Made by a program: the position numbers and the translations under genes
In this document: piece by piece, positions 61,991 to 64,000 of the stretch
Layout: the number at the start of each line of letters is the position of its first letter
Position numbering within the stretch: position 1 is the first letter of the stretch
The notes under the pieces: generated by a model
What the model saw: only the letters and a program-made list of their open reading frames with translations
Databases searched by the model: none
What the model was told of the DNA's origin: nothing
NCBI GenBank assembly: GCA_030390025.1
Contig: CM059432.1
Coordinates: 58,406,001-58,470,000 of the forward strand
Origin: Squalus acanthias
Taxonomy: Eukaryota
Length of the DNA: 64,000 nt
Reading direction: 5' to 3'

Positions 61991-64000
61991 GTGTGGCATA
62001 AGAATAAAACAAAAAGGGTGACTCAACCGTGGCTAACAAGGGAAATTAGGGATAGCATAAGATCCAAGGAGAGGGCATATAAATTGGCCAGAAAAAGCAG
62101 TAACCCTGAGGATTGGGAGCAGTTTAGGATTCAACAAAGGAGGACAAATGGATTAATTAAGAAGGGGAAAATAGAATATGAAAGTAAGCTTGCAGGGAAC
62201 ATAAAAACTGACTGTAAGAGCTTTTATAGATATGTGAAGAGAAAAAGATTAGTGGAATCAAGTGTAGGTCCCTTGCAGTCAGAAGCGGGGGAAGTTATAA
62301 TGGGGAACAAAGAAATGGCAGACCAATTAAATGCATATTTTGGTTCTGTCTTCGCAAAGGAGGACACAAATAACCTCACAGAGATGTTGGAGAACATAGG
62401 GTCTGATGAAAGGGAGGAACTGAAAGAAATCAGTATTTGCAGGGAAATGGTGTTAGGGAAATTGACGGGATTGAAGGCCGATAAATCCCCAGGGCCTGAT
62501 AATCTACATCCTAGGGTACTTAAGGAAGTGGCCCTAGAAATAGTAGATGCATTGCTGATCATCTTCCAACATTTGATGGAATCTGGAACCGTACCCATGG
62601 ATTGGAGGGTAGCTAATGTTACCCCACTATTCAAAAAGGGTGGTAGAGAGAAAGCGGGGAATTACAGACCGGTAAACCTGACATCGGTAGTGGGGAAAAT
62701 GCTAGAGTCCATTATAAAGGATGTAATAGCTGAGCACTTGAAAAACAGTGACAGGATTGGACAAAGTCAACATGGATTTACAAAAGGTAAATCGTGCTTG
62801 ACTAATCTACTGGAATTTTTTGAGGATGTAACTGGGAAAATAGATAAGGGAGAACCAGTAGATGTGGTGTATTTGGACTTTCAAAAGGCATTCGATAAGG
62901 TCCCGCATAAGAGATTAGCGTGTAAAGTTAAGGCACATGGGATTGGGGGCAAGGTATTGACTTGGATAGAGAACTGGTTGACGGACAGAAAGCAGAGAGT
63001 AGGAATTAATGGGTCTTTTTCCGAGTGGCAGGCAGTGACTAGTGGGGTACCGCAGGGATCGGTCCTTGGACCCCAGCTATTCACAATATACATTAATGAT
63101 CTAGATAAGGGAACTAAATGTAATATCTCCAAGTTTGCAGATGACACAAAGCTGGGTGGGCGTGTGTGCTGCGAGGAGGATACCAAGAAACTCCAGGATG
63201 ATTTGGACAGGTTGGGTGAGTGGGCAGAAGCATGGCAGATGCAATATAACATGGATAAATGCGAGGTTATCCACTTTGGTGTCAAAAACAGAAAGGCAGA
63301 CTATTATCTGAATGGCAATAGATTGGGAGAAGGGGAAGTGCAACGAGACCTGGGTGTCCTTGTGCACCAGTCGCTGAAGGTAAGCATGCAGGTGCAGCAG
63401 GCGGTGAAGAAGGCAAATGGTATGTTGGCCTTCATAGCGAAAGGATTTGAGTATAGGAACAGGGATGTCCTGCTGCAGTTGTACAGGGCCTTGGTGAGAC
63501 CACACCTTGAGTACTGTGTGCAGTTTTGGTTGCCTTATCTGAGGAAGGATGTTCTTGCCATGGAAGGAGTTCAGCGAAGATTCACAAGGCTGATACCTGG
63601 GATGGCAGGAATGACATATGAGGAGAGATTGGGTCGATTGGGCTTATACTCGCTGGAGTATAGAAGAATGAGAGGGGATCTCATCGAAACATATAAAATT
63701 CTGACAGGTCTGGACAAACTAGATGCAGGAAGAATGTTCCCGATGGTCAGAGAGTCCAGAACCAGGGGTCATAATCTAAGGATAAGGGGTAAGCCATTTA
63801 GGACAGAAATGAGGAAGAATTTCTTCACCCAGAGAGTGGTGAACCTGTGGAATTCTCTACCACAGAAGGTAGTTGAGGCCAAGTCATTAAATATATTCAA
63901 GAATGAGTTAGATATATTTCTTAAAGCTAAAGGTATCAAGGGATATGGGGAGAAGGCAGGTACAGGGTACTGAGTTTGGATGATCAGCCATGATCTCATC
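61991..64000 (+). mobile_element. 5'-truncated CR1 LINE with uninterrupted 660-codon RT frame (to 63973); runs off window
   Basis: All RT motifs present ([28 protein letters not shown]). Confidence 0.95.

Noticed and set aside
1..64000. CRISPR array or prokaryotic operon
   Set aside because: No regularly spaced repeats; content is eukaryotic transposable elements with spliceosomal introns.

Overview
Repeat-dense vertebrate genomic DNA. The repeat families suggest a cartilaginous fish (inference). I found no supportable host gene. The window is a mosaic of PIF/Harbinger DNA transposons, a near full-length Penelope-like element with hammerhead ribozymes, many CR1-group, RTE and L2 LINE fragments, DeuSINE-like SINEs and an old Gypsy pol remnant. 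The Harbingers include one apparently intact 4.1 kb two-gene copy at 55791-59883, a sibling at 1-3794, and several decayed copies and MITEs. The standout is a very young 8.7 kb LTR element at 38141-46887, with 1364 bp LTRs differing at only 2 positions by eye, a 4 bp TSD and a tRNA-Arg PBS. It has an intact gag, an intact fusion-protein-type env carrying an Ig-like domain, and no pol. In the pol position, behind a UGA-CUAG readthrough-type stop, is an in-frame non-enzymatic coiled-coil/acidic ORF.
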